DNA of 64,000 nt, taken from the NCBI RefSeq assembly GCF_036919675.1, contig NZ_JBALCP010000054.1, forward strand, positions 9,501-73,500. Reading direction: 5' to 3'. Below the pieces are notes generated by a model that did no database searches, had not been told where the DNA came from, and saw only the letters and a program-made list of their open reading frames with translations. Source of the DNA: Nostoc sp. GTDB lineage: Bacteria; Cyanobacteriota; Cyanobacteriia; Cyanobacteriales; Nostocaceae. Of the stretch, positions 17,160 through 26,519 are shown piece after piece (within the stretch, counting starts at the first letter, position 1; each line of letters starts with the position of its first letter). Position numbers and translations under genes: made by a program.

Positions 17160-17239
17160 TGAGTCAAGATGCTTTAGTGGTTGGCATTAATACCTATAAT
17201 TTTCCCCAATTGCCCCGCTTGCGATGCCTACGGCGGTAA
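17159..17239 (+). pseudogene. 26-codon stub resembling the start of a caspase-like (peptidase C14) gene
   Basis: The ATG overlaps the NACHT stop (TAATG). MSQDALVVGINTYNFPQLPRL matches the usual ALxIGINxY...L start of bacterial C14 peptidases. The frame then runs into a dispersed repeat (gcgatgcctacggcgg) and stops. Confidence 0.4.
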
Positions 17240-17550
17240 ACTACGCCATTAGTTACGTTTGTTATCAAAATACCCTATCTGTAAAAAACCCTTTCCTATT
17301 CCGCCTTTATGGATGGACGGGCAATGCCAGCGATGTTTTACATTTTTTGGTCTGGGAAGCAACACAACACATAATTAGGGAATTGCTTGACGGTGCTGGA
17401 AATCAAGGCGCTGCAAATTTGCCATCTCAACTGGGAACCATAGGATAAGCAGCAAGGGAATTAGCTTATCGGCTGTATAACATTTGCGACAGAAAAGGCT
17501 GGGCTGCTGAAGATGTCGCTTACAACAGCTTAGTGATTTCCTGGCCATAA
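17224..17550 (+). pseudogene. C-terminal remnant of a DUF1156-type (putative DNA methylase, phage-resistance-associated) gene with an in-frame stop
   Basis: One frame reads ...DVLHFLVWEATQHIIRELLDGAGNQ...[40 protein letters not shown] recall the ending ARxLAYRLYxxCERKxWAxEAxxYNxLVxxWP as characteristic of DUF1156 proteins. No N-terminal part is present. Confidence 0.4.
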
Positions 17551-17710
17551 ATTTCTTGCCTCGCTGCTGAAAGCGAAGAAAAGATTCCTTTACAAGTAGC
17601 GTTGTTTTAAAGATGGAATTTGAAAAGCCTTCATTACCCTCAGCCCCTAACCCTCTCTCCCAGCATGGCAGAGGGGGAACAAATTTGTTAACGGTTATCT
17701 AGAACGAACA

Positions 17711-17791
17711 ACGACACTAATTGATGAAATAGCAACATTAATCTGTGAAAGACGACATTGATCTGTGAACAGCGACATCTAATTTGTGAAT
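17711..17791. repeat. four degenerate ~20-nt tandem repeats
   Basis: The units are acgacactaattgatgaaat, agcaacattaatctgtgaaag, acgacattgatctgtgaac and agcgacatctaatttgtgaat. Confidence 0.75.
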
Positions 17792-17858
17792 GTACAGTAC
17801 TAGTGAATAAGCTGATCCACCTCTGCGCTAATCTAGAGGTTATATCTAATAAAGGCTT

Positions 17859-18422
17859 ATGACACCTGAAGAAATTGTGGGTACGGTAACAGAATTATTT
17901 GGTACATCGGCTGTTCATGCGATCGCTCCTGGATCGTGGCAAATAGACTCTTCTGGTTTTCGGCTGTTGGTGCTGCTTTCCGAAGATAATACTTGGCTGC
18001 GAGTTTTACTGCCTATTGTGCCCGCAAAGGAAGGGCAACCATTTTTAGCACAGTTCCTAGAAGCCAACTTTGATGACACTCAAGAAGTACGTTACGCTTT
18101 GTATGAAGGGAAAATTTGGGGGGTATTTCAACATAATATTGGCACTTTAGTAAGTACAGATTTGTCCGATGCAATCAACCAACTTGTATCTCTTTATCAG
18201 GCTGGATTAGATAATGTCTTTAATCAACTAATTGAAAGCCGCATCCGACAAATTATTCAGGCAGCAAAACAACAAAGACAATCTCTGCAAGCTACTATGC
18301 AAACTTTAGAACGCTTTTATGCAGAAGGATTAATGGGCGATATAAATCAAACCCCAGAGGCGCGAGAAAAAGTCCTAACTGCTTGGCGGCGTCAGTTAGA
18401 AAAATTATGGAATGAAGGTTGA
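17859..18422 (+). CDS. hypothetical protein (possibly YbjN/T3SS-chaperone-like fold)
   Basis: This is a 187-aa ORF with coding-like composition. The fold suggestion rests only on the N-terminal pattern WQIDSSGFRLLVLLSEDNTWLRVLLPI. Confidence 0.55.
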   Translation: MTPEEIVGTVTELFGTSAVHAIAPGSWQIDSSGFRLLVLLSEDNTWLRVLLPIVPAKEGQPFLAQFLEANFDDTQEVRYALYEGKIWGVFQHNIGTLVSTDLSDAINQLVSLYQAGLDNVFNQLIESRIRQIIQAAKQQRQSLQATMQTLERFYAEGLMGDINQTPEAREKVLTAWRRQLEKLWNEG

Positions 18423-18498
18423 TTTCAATTTTTAATTAGGGATTCCTATCTGCGCCACGTTTACATATTAAAGCAATTTATACATCTATCTATTTATC

Positions 18499-18885
18499 AT
18501 GGATATCATTGAAATCCTCAAAGAAGACTATCAAAGATTCCCTGTAAATCAAACTTACAGTATTTACACTCCAGACGTTTATTTTCAAGACCCGCTGAAT
18601 AAATTTCGTGGTGTTAAACGTTACAAACAGATGATTAATTTCATCGAAACTTTGTTTTTAAATCCCAAAATGGACTTACATAGCATTCAACGTTTGGGAG
18701 ACACAATAAAAACTGAGTGGACACTCAGTTGGAACACTCCTCTCCCCTGGAAGCCACGGATTTCTATTCCTGGTTGGAGTGAATTAGGTCTTAACTCTGA
18801 TGGTTTGATTATCTCACATATTGATTATTGGAATTGTTCACGCTTAGATGTGGTGAAGCAGCATTTCTTTGCTGCAAAAATGTAA
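18499..18885 (+). CDS. DUF2358-family (NTF2-like) protein
   Basis: IEILKEDYQRFPVNQTYSIYTPDVYFQDPLNKFRGVKRYKQMI matches my recollection of DUF2358 proteins of cyanobacteria and plastids. Confidence 0.6.
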   Translation: MDIIEILKEDYQRFPVNQTYSIYTPDVYFQDPLNKFRGVKRYKQMINFIETLFLNPKMDLHSIQRLGDTIKTEWTLSWNTPLPWKPRISIPGWSELGLNSDGLIISHIDYWNCSRLDVVKQHFFAAKM

Positions 18886-18934
18886 ACAATTAAGGCTTGT
18901 CTAATTCCCTCTTTACAACCTTTTTCAGTTAAAT

Positions 18935-19375
18935 AGACCATGCGGTAGGGGCACAGCATTGTTGTGCCCTTACAACGTATGTGGTTCAATTAAACCCACA
19001 TTCCGCACTTCAAAATGCAATACATTAATGTTTCAAATAATATTATCAATACCAACCAATATGGTTATACCATTTCTTTGTAAGGCTGCGCCAAATTTTC
19101 TTGGCTTCTTCTTTCTTTCTTTCTTTCTTTGTGTCCTACCCTGCGGGAAGCTACTTCTCAACTCTTGGAGAGGCTGCGCCCTAAGCGTTCGCGTAGCGTC
19201 TCGTAGAGAAGCTATGCCGCAGGCTTTACGAGACGCTCCGCGAACGTGTCTATGCGCCCTTTGCGGTTCGTTCCTCATATAGTTTGGCGCATGTTCATAC
19301 AGAATTGGTATTAGTATTAATACTGAGAATAAATGGTAGGCGTGCAATGCCTGCGGCAGGCTGCGCCAACCGACA
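18935..19375. repeat. composite of a hairpin element, a MITE-like arm and GC-rich dispersed repeats
   Basis: 18935-18990 matches 1331-1385. cccacattccgcacttcaaaatgcaatacattaatg matches the arms at 29365-29539. 19140-19260 carries gcgttcgcgtagcgtctcgtagagaag modules. Confidence 0.7.
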
Positions 19376-19869
19376 ATAACCCAGATTTTGTATTTTTATT
19401 TGTATTACAAAGGTTAGGGAGGAGCAAGCCTTAACTCAAGCGTTAGTTTCCTTAAGTAGAAATACTCACTGTAACTCTAGCTTTCTTCCATCCTGAAAGT
19501 GCGCCTTGCACATGGACTGCTGATCACAAGCCGCTATGCGTCTACGCACTTCCATCAAAAGCCATTATGATCAACATCGCGACATTCATTACTAACGTTA
19601 AAACAATTGTCCCCAAAGTCCAAAAAAAGTATACCTAAAGGAATACTTTACAAAATCAGTAACATCATACTACAATTAACCAGTAGACATTTATACCAGA
19701 TTTTCAATTTTCCTTGATGGCAGGATCTGCCATCACCAAATTGGTGATATATAAGCATTAAAGGCAATCTAGTTACATTTAGTCCGTACCTCGGTTTTTT
19801 GTACCTGGAGAATGTTTAGATATCGCAGTCATTCCATAATCAGCTTATTTTTTCAAGGAGGAAAGTGTT

Positions 19870-20193
19870 ATGAGTTTTTTGAAAAGATTTTCCAATCCAA
19901 CTACACGTTTAATATGTTTAGAATTTTTATTTCTGACATTTACTGCATTACCTGCTTTAGCTGATAACTGTGATACAAGTCAGCGAAAGCCTTTGCCAGG
20001 ATGTGTTAGAGCAGAATATGTTTCTGGTGGAGGTATTATAACTAATCACTGTGGTCATTCAGTTACTATAAAAGTTGATATAGTTGACGCATTTGATAAA
20101 CGGATAACCATTAGTAGCGGAAAAACTAAATCATTCTCGACTAACCATAGGTATAAGCTTAATTGCTGTCCCAGATATAATAGATGTGATTAA
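19870..20193 (+). CDS. small secreted cysteine-rich hypothetical protein
   Basis: A strong RBS (aaggaggaaagtgttATG) precedes the start. A signal peptide (LICLEFLFLTFTALPALA) is followed by a mature part with 7 Cys. Confidence 0.6.
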   Translation: MSFLKRFSNPTTRLICLEFLFLTFTALPALADNCDTSQRKPLPGCVRAEYVSGGGIITNHCGHSVTIKVDIVDAFDKRITISSGKTKSFSTNHRYKLNCCPRYNRCD

Positions 20194-20344
20194 CAATACC
20201 TTCGCAGAAAAAAGAGTATGAAGAGATAGGGCTATAAAGTTGTCTTCAAAGAAATTACACCTCGATGATTGCCTCTCTCACTTCTTACGATTTTATTCTT
20301 GAAGCCTTATTTAGAGCAGCTTCATAAAGAATTGGTATGACGTA

Positions 20345-20545
20345 CCATTGGTGTCAACTTAAGCGCAAACCCCTTTAAAACCTCGTTAAGAGCCTCTGGC
20401 TGGAAACGCTGTTTAATTGTGGTGCCGCTAGTCTTGAGGCGGAGCCTCAGATTAGGCATTCCCAGTCGGAGACTCTTAACCAGACACGAGACAATCTCTA
20501 AAAGCTTGTTCTAGGCAGGCTTTCACCTTAAGTTGACACGCATGG
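20345..20545. mobile_element. MITE-like element with 19-bp terminal inverted repeats
   Basis: The left end ccattggtgtcaacttaag (20345-20363) pairs with the right end cttaagttgacacgcatgg (20527-20545). There is no ORF. The internal sequence ctctggctggaaacgc...gaggcggagcctcag recurs, inverted, at 48728-48818. Confidence 0.7.
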
Positions 20546-20589
20546 TGACGTACCCACACCTACCCAAAAGGAGGTATGGGTACGTCACC
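20544..20589 (-). terminator. 13-bp perfect hairpin 12 nt after the rca stop
   Basis: ggtgacgtaccca (20544-20556) pairs with tgggtacgtcacc (20577-20589). No clear U-tract follows, and the hairpin partly overlaps the MITE end. Confidence 0.35.
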
Positions 20590-20600
20590 TGTATCTACCC

Positions 20601-21893
20601 CTAATTTTTTCCATTCGGACGCTGAATAATCGTTTCCATCACCCGCCGCTTGGCCTTAGGATCAATACCTACCAAGCGGATATACTCACCGCTATATTCT
20701 GCCAGAGTTGCTTCCAAGTTTGATATTGCATCAGACTCTGCATCAATGTGGCTATGAGCACAAGTTTGCCATGAACCTGTGCGGAAACGGCGCTCATCTA
20801 CGTGTTCAATAATAATTTTGTAACCTTGAGACAATAATTGCCTAATTTGTGCTTGTGTATCCAAGCTCAAATGGTTACTCAATACTTCCTGTTGCTGAAA
20901 TCCATTAGTTTTTGCTTCTTGAGTTGCACCATTGCTTGGTGGCTGATTAATTGGTGTCGCAGCAGGTGGTGCAGATTGAGAATTTCTACCGCGATTAAGT
21001 CGATTGTAATCATCAACCAAATGGGAATTTTCCACCCGTTTTTGTTCACCAACGAGGAAGTTACCAGACTCAATTAAGTGAGACAGCCTGAAATCTGGCT
21101 TTTTAAATTCCGGTGGCCCTTTAACGCTATTAACCACACTCAAGGATACCTGCTCAAAACCTACTTGATGGATGTAGTTGCGGATTTGTTCGTCATAAAT
21201 GCGCGATCGCAAAGCGCTAAAAAAGTCAATGGACTGATTGACAAAAGTATCAACTAGCTGTTCAACTTCCCGCTGCGATAGTCCATCCGCTTCAAAAATC
21301 CCCTTGACAATTCCCACTTTGTCGTCTCTGTCTGGTTCCCAGTAGAATTTCTCCATCCGTCCATCCCGAATTAACGGTGCATAAAGGGTGGAAAAATCAT
21401 TACCTGTAACAATAATCGGTACACGATGTAAAGGCGTGGAATCATAGCTTCCAGGCAACTGCACATCTGTAGGATTATCGGCAATATTCATCAGTGTGGC
21501 ATTCACCAACTGCGTATTTACAGTATATTGAGTGCCTTCATCAAAGCGTCCAGCCCCGGCATCCAAATCGTTAATCATCAGTACACACATTTTACCGCGT
21601 ACTTTGATCAGTTCTGCTGTTTCCCGATAGCGTAGCCGAATTAAGCGGGCTGGATCTCCTGCATCTGGACTTTCCAATTCGCCGCCAGATATGTTAGTCA
21701 CTTCGATACCCATTTTCTCGAAGACTAATTGACATTGAAATGTTTTGCCTTCTCCTTTGCGTCCATGAATACCCAAAATTACGGGAACTCGCACGCCAGG
21801 AAGCTTTAGAAAGTTTTTAGTGATGTGGACAGCCAGTTTGTCCAGAAAGCGGGGAGCGATGTAGTAACCCATAAAATTATTTTTGCCTAGCAC
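20601..21893 (-). CDS. rca: Rubisco activase-like AAA+ protein with C-terminal RbcS-like (SSUL) domain
   Basis: YYIAPRFLDKLAVHI, Walker A GIHGRKGEGKTF and Walker B VLMINDLDAG resemble plant Rca. The C-terminal ~90 aa (QIRQLLSQGYKIIIEHVDERRFRTGSWQ...YIRLVGIDPKAKRRV) resemble the RbcS of this window. The start may be the Met at 21872. Confidence 0.9.
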   Translation of the reverse strand: MLGKNNFMGYYIAPRFLDKLAVHITKNFLKLPGVRVPVILGIHGRKGEGKTFQCQLVFEKMGIEVTNISGGELESPDAGDPARLIRLRYRETAELIKVRGKMCVLMINDLDAGAGRFDEGTQYTVNTQLVNATLMNIADNPTDVQLPGSYDSTPLHRVPIIVTGNDFSTLYAPLIRDGRMEKFYWEPDRDDKVGIVKGIFEADGLSQREVEQLVDTFVNQSIDFFSALRSRIYDEQIRNYIHQVGFEQVSLSVVNSVKGPPEFKKPDFRLSHLIESGNFLVGEQKRVENSHLVDDYNRLNRGRNSQSAPPAATPINQPPSNGATQEAKTNGFQQQEVLSNHLSLDTQAQIRQLLSQGYKIIIEHVDERRFRTGSWQTCAHSHIDAESDAISNLEATLAEYSGEYIRLVGIDPKAKRRVMETIIQRPNGKN

Positions 21894-22116
21894 TGCTTAA
21901 AGTAATGTTAAGTTTTTTTGGTGATAACTGTTTATTTATCTTTTGGTAGAAAAGCAACGCTACCTACCACACACGTCTTATTGGATATGCATCAAAAATT
22001 TTATCGGCACTCAGTAAAGGCATATTTTCCACTATCGATTGTGTAATTAAAAGTCGGTCGATACGATTCTATTCTGCATCACAAACTAAAAAAAAACCTC
22101 CGAGTTTCCCGTCCTC

Positions 22117-22148
22117 TAAAAAAAGAGAGGCAGAAAACTCTACCTCTC
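22117..22148 (-). terminator. intrinsic terminator after rbcS
   Basis: On the minus strand, gagaggtag-agtttt-ctgcctctc (a 9-bp stem with one G-U pair) is followed by TTTTTTT. Confidence 0.7.
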
Positions 22149-22187
22149 CTATTATCTAATCAACAAATTATTTAAAGCTTGCTAACT

Positions 22188-22526
22188 TTAGTATTTGTGA
22201 GGTTTGTTGGGTTTGTGAACAAGAAAGCTGAGAATTTGGCACTGCTTGATGTTGTCAAAACCCACAACACGGATATAGCTGGTGTTGAATTGAGAACGGC
22301 ATCCTTGAACTTCGCTCAATACTTCTTGAGTCGATTGAGCACCGAACAAGGGCAGCTTCCACATTGTCCAATATAATTCTGTTGGCTCAGAAGTTTCGTT
22401 AAACTCGATCGCTGGAATGTAACCTTGATTCAAAATATACTGGATCTGCTTGGCAATTTGAGCATCAGACAGGGGGGGCAGATAAGAAAGGGTTTCGTAA
22501 CGACGCTCTTTTGGTAAAGTTTGCAT
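22188..22526 (-). CDS. rbcS: Rubisco small subunit
   Basis: The sequence [42 protein letters not shown]...YIRVVGFDN identifies it. Confidence 0.97.
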   Translation of the reverse strand: MQTLPKERRYETLSYLPPLSDAQIAKQIQYILNQGYIPAIEFNETSEPTELYWTMWKLPLFGAQSTQEVLSEVQGCRSQFNTSYIRVVGFDNIKQCQILSFLVHKPNKPHKY

Positions 22527-22572
22527 AGCTTTTGATAATGGGTTGCGATTTTTTACTACTAGGTTGAGTGAA

Positions 22573-22980
22573 CTAATTGGATAAGTTATCCAAATTCGGA
22601 TCTGAACTTGCTTGCTGTTCTGGTTGCAGACTGGGGCTAGATGTGTCTATTCGTGTGATGCGTTCTAAATGCTGGCGACGCTGCTCCATGTTGGCTTGCT
22701 GAATGCCAGTGCGAACCATTTCCGGTAAAAATTCAATGATTTCTTCCGCAATGTGTTCCCTAACAGTCATGATTCGCAAAGCCAAATCTGGTTTTTCTCG
22801 CAACAGTTGCTCAATGTATGATTCCCCATTCTGAATTTTGCCAGACGAAAAGTTATGCAACCAAAGTTCTAATGGAGGATTCGTTTCGCCTAGCTGTGCC
22901 AGTACTGTCCTTAGAGCCTGATAAGTCAGGTAGCTTTGGAGAGTCTTGGCTGTGTCCTTCGCAATTTGCTTAAGATTCAT
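22573..22980 (-). CDS. rbcX: Rubisco assembly chaperone RbcX
   Basis: It lies between rbcL and rbcS and has the sequence [21 protein letters not shown]...NPPLELWL. Confidence 0.9.
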   Translation of the reverse strand: MNLKQIAKDTAKTLQSYLTYQALRTVLAQLGETNPPLELWLHNFSSGKIQNGESYIEQLLREKPDLALRIMTVREHIAEEIIEFLPEMVRTGIQQANMEQRRQHLERITRIDTSSPSLQPEQQASSDPNLDNLSN

Positions 22981-23000
22981 GCTTGACCCCAGCCCTGAAG

Positions 23001-23178
23001 AGTTATGAGTTATGAGTTATGAATTAATGCAAATCTTAACTCTTAACTCCTGTACAGACGCGATTAATGAGCCAGCGCGTTGCGGTGAGTCCAGCGCTGT
23101 AGGCGGCTGGCGAACCCGGAGGGGGGTTCCCCCCGTTGTAGCGACTGGCGTCGCGTCTCTACTTCTAACTCCTAACTT
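23001..23178. repeat. STRR heptamers and a GC hairpin in the rbcL-rbcX spacer
   Basis: agttatg occurs three times (23001-23021), with the inverted cttaact units (23054-23069) and ctaactcctaact (23165-23177). The hairpin is gggggg-tt-cccccc (23121-23134). Confidence 0.85.
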
Positions 23179-23182
23179 TTGA

Positions 23183-24613
23183 TCAGACGGTATCCATTGC
23201 TTCAAACTCGAACTTGATTTCTTTCCACAGTTCGCAAGCAACAGCCAGTTCAGGAGACCACTTGGCAGCTTCGCGGATGATATCGTTACCTTCACGAGCC
23301 AAGTTGCGGCCTTCATTACGAGCTTGAATAACGGCTTCCAAGGCGACGCGGTTAGCGGTTGCACCAGGAGCATTACCCCAAGGGTGACCCAGAGTACCAC
23401 CACCGAACTGTAGTACGGAGTCATCACCAAAGATTTCTACCAGCGCGGGCATGTGCCATACGTGGATACCACCAGAAGCAACTGCAAATACTCCAGGTAG
23501 AGAAGCCCAGTCTTGGGTAAAGTAAATACCACGAGACTTGTCTTGCTCAATGTAGTTTTCACGCAACAGGTCAACGAAGCCCATTGTAATACCGCGTTCA
23601 CCTTCCAACTTACCAACTACGGTGCCGGTGTGGATGTGGTCACCACCAGACAAACGTAGGGCTTTAGCCAATACACGGAAGTGGATACCGTGGTTCTTTT
23701 GACGGTCAATTACGGCGTGCATAGCCCGGTGAATGTGTAGCAAGATACCATTGTCACGGCACCAACGAGCCAATGTGGTGTTGGCGGTGAAGCCTGCGGT
23801 GAGGTAGTCATGCATGATGATGGGCATTTTGAGTTCTTTCGCGTACTCAGCCCGTTGCAACATTTGTTCACACGTGGGGGCGGTGACGTTTAGGTAGTGA
23901 CCTTTAATTTCACCGGTTTCTGCTTGAGCTTTGTTGATAGCTTCAGCTACGAACAAGAAGCGATCGCGCCATCTTTGGAATGGTGCGGAGTTGATGTTTT
24001 CGTCGTCTTTGGTGAAGTCCAAACCACCGCGTAAGCACTCGTATACAGCGCGTCCGTAGTTCTTAGCGGAAAGACCCAATTTGGGCTTAATTGTACAACC
24101 CAGCAAAGGACGACCGTATTTGTTTAACTTGTCGCGCTCAACTTGGATACCGTGAGGAGGCCCTTGGAAGGTCTTGATGTAAGCTACTGGAAAGCGGATG
24201 TCTTCTAGACGCAGTGCCCGCAGAGCTTTGAAACCAAATACGTTACCGACAATTGAGGTCAAGACGTTGGTTACAGAGCCTTCTTCAAACAAGTCCAGAG
24301 GATAGGCAACGTAACAGATGTACTGGTTGTCTTCACCGGGAACTGGTTCGATATCGTAGCAACGACCTTTGTAGCGATCGAGGTCGGTGAGCAAGTCTGT
24401 CCACACAGTTGTCCAAGTACCTGTGGAAGACTCAGCCGCTACAGCCGCACCTGCTTCTTCGGGAGGAACACCAGGCTGGGGTGTCATGCGAAACGCAGCT
24501 AGAAGATCGGTATCTTTTGGTGTGTAATCGGGTGTGTAATAAGTTAGTCTGTAATCTTGAACACCGGCTTTATACCCAGTTTTGCTCTGAGTCTTCGTTT
24601 GAGCGTAAGACAT
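23183..24613 (-). CDS. rbcL: Rubisco large subunit, form IB
   Basis: The protein is 476 aa and carries [31 protein letters not shown] and [18 protein letters not shown]. Confidence 0.99.
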   Translation of the reverse strand: MSYAQTKTQSKTGYKAGVQDYRLTYYTPDYTPKDTDLLAAFRMTPQPGVPPEEAGAAVAAESSTGTWTTVWTDLLTDLDRYKGRCYDIEPVPGEDNQYICYVAYPLDLFEEGSVTNVLTSIVGNVFGFKALRALRLEDIRFPVAYIKTFQGPPHGIQVERDKLNKYGRPLLGCTIKPKLGLSAKNYGRAVYECLRGGLDFTKDDENINSAPFQRWRDRFLFVAEAINKAQAETGEIKGHYLNVTAPTCEQMLQRAEYAKELKMPIIMHDYLTAGFTANTTLARWCRDNGILLHIHRAMHAVIDRQKNHGIHFRVLAKALRLSGGDHIHTGTVVGKLEGERGITMGFVDLLRENYIEQDKSRGIYFTQDWASLPGVFAVASGGIHVWHMPALVEIFGDDSVLQFGGGTLGHPWGNAPGATANRVALEAVIQARNEGRNLAREGNDIIREAAKWSPELAVACELWKEIKFEFEAMDTV

Positions 24614-25412
24614 ATTTTATCCTTCCCTGAAATCACTCTTTTTAATTATCAAATCACGTTTTGTGCAACTTCCCTTCACCGCGCTCTTTCCCCCCTTCTG
24701 TGGGGAGAAGATCAGGGAAATTTTTTGTTAGGGGTTGTCTTTGGAAAAAGGTAGCAGTTTTTTTGCGGCAGACACTTTGGTAGCGGTTGTAACCCGCCTT
24801 ACCAGTGTTCTCCCCTTCTAGGGGTACACGTCCTAGCGCTTCTACTTTTCCCCTTTCCTACGAATCAAAATTCTTTTTTATCTCTTTTTCGCACCCAACT
24901 AAACCTTCTCAACTTCACCAAAACTTCCGCGCTTTGCGGGCAGCATTGAGATAATTCCCTTATAAATTGGGGTATTCAGGGGATTGGGCTGGCTGGCACA
25001 CATTCCCGCCTCTACACTCCTTATATCTTCCCCGTTGATGGAAAAGATACCAGAAAAAAATTGACTTGACAGAGATTTAGCAGAGTGGTGAGCGAAAGAT
25101 AAAAAATTCCACACCACGTAATTTGTAACTTGTTTCACAATATATCAAGAAATTGATAAGTTATTCTTTGAAAGTTTTTAACTTAACTATATGAATTTGT
25201 TATTACATAAAGATTTAAACATTTTGTTACAAATACTTTACAAAGTGTCATTAATAACTGTATAGAGCCTTTGGAGACTGGGGACTAGGGATTGGGAACT
25301 GGGAAAAACTTTTCCAATGCCCATTAAATTTGAGAAAAATTCCAGATGACGTTTAATTAATCCCAGCTAGGGGAACACTGGAATTAACCCAAAGCCAGTT
25401 TAGGTAACAGCT

Positions 25413-26519
25413 ATGGGTACTGTCTCCAAAGGAAATGTCACCGTGGTATTGTTTTACAAGCGTGCTAGTTTATTGATTACTTCTATCTTGCTGGGGTTGA
25501 TAGCTGTGCCAAGTATCGGATGGGCACAAAAAACCCCTGACACTAATTCATCTGATTTAACCCCAGTTTACCCACCTTCTGCACCGCCACCGCGAGTAGA
25601 ACCCTTACCCGATGAGCGGAGAGTGCAAGAACATTCGCCAGAAACTGATTATCGTGTCGGCAACTTACTAGAAGATTTTACGGGCAATCTTTGGATAGGT
25701 TCTTGGCGGGGACTATCGCGGATTGATCCTAAAACCGGCAAGATTGTTTCTCGTGTTAGTTTACCGAATGTTACCATTGGTGCTTTAGCCCAAGACAAAG
25801 TTGGACGTTTGTGGGTGGGAAGTTATGAGGGATTAATCCGAGTAGACCCCCGCACTAACGAAATCACCGCGCAGAATTTATTTTTGCCTTCTAAACGGGT
25901 GTTGTCACTGTTACTTGACAAGCGGGGTTATTTGTGGACTGGAACCGATAGTGGTTTAGCCCTAATTAGTCCCGACCAAGGCTTGATTATGACAACATTA
26001 AAAAATCTGCCTGGTGTCAGCGCCAACACCTTGACTTTAGATGCTGAAGGTCAACTGTGGGTTGGCACTCTTGATGGATTAGTGCGGGTAAATACTGCTA
26101 GTGCAGCGATTATGAAGCGGATAGCCGATTTACCAGGGACGACTGTACAAGCTTTAGCTATTAGTCCAGAAGGATTAATTTGGGCGGGAATGCCGAATAA
26201 TTTGCTAGTTATTAACCCAAAAACTGGTGCAGTGTTGCGGTCTGTGACTCGCTTACGTGGGCGTAACGTGACAGCAGTACGTTTTGCTAAAGATGGTAGT
26301 GTTTGGGTCGGGACTAACAATGGTTTGTTACGATTAAATCCAAATACAGGAGCTGTATTAGACCCAGAAGTTGCTGGACTTCCTTCAAGTCGGGTTCTTA
26401 CCCTTGCACCTGACATCGGCAATAAATTATGGATAGGTACTAGTGAAGGTCTAGCTTGGTTAATGCCCAAAACGAACAGTGCAAAAACCCATATTGCTTT
26501 CAGTCGCGCCGTTAAGTAG
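25413..26519 (+). CDS. secreted beta-propeller protein with two-component-regulator-propeller-type repeats
   Basis: A signal peptide is followed by about seven repeats of the pattern G.LW.GT..GL.R..P.TG. Confidence 0.7.
   Translation: MGTVSKGNVTVVLFYKRASLLITSILLGLIAVPSIGWAQKTPDTNSSDLTPVYPPSAPPPRVEPLPDERRVQEHSPETDYRVGNLLEDFTGNLWIGSWRGLSRIDPKTGKIVSRVSLPNVTIGALAQDKVGRLWVGSYEGLIRVDPRTNEITAQNLFLPSKRVLSLLLDKRGYLWTGTDSGLALISPDQGLIMTTLKNLPGVSANTLTLDAEGQLWVGTLDGLVRVNTASAAIMKRIADLPGTTVQALAISPEGLIWAGMPNNLLVINPKTGAVLRSVTRLRGRNVTAVRFAKDGSVWVGTNNGLLRLNPNTGAVLDPEVAGLPSSRVLTLAPDIGNKLWIGTSEGLAWLMPKTNSAKTHIAFSRAVK

Noticed and set aside
18959-19347. ORFs 18959..19282 (+) and 19033..19347 (-).
   Set aside because: They are mutually antisense ORFs inside a composite of MITE arm, ctttctttctttc low-complexity sequence and GC-rich repeats. 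They are not credible genes.
23017-23430. A 137-aa minus-strand ORF.
   Set aside because: It overlaps the 3' end of rbcL in another frame and runs through the STRR spacer. It is an artefact.
24899-25138. A 79-aa ORF in the rbcL upstream region, plus a GTA-N8-CAC NtcA-like site at 25125-25138.
   Set aside because: The ORF has no RBS and an atypical composition. The site deviates from GTAN8TAC, lies >500 nt from the ATG, and such 6-of-6-minus-one matches are common. It is mentioned only as a lead.
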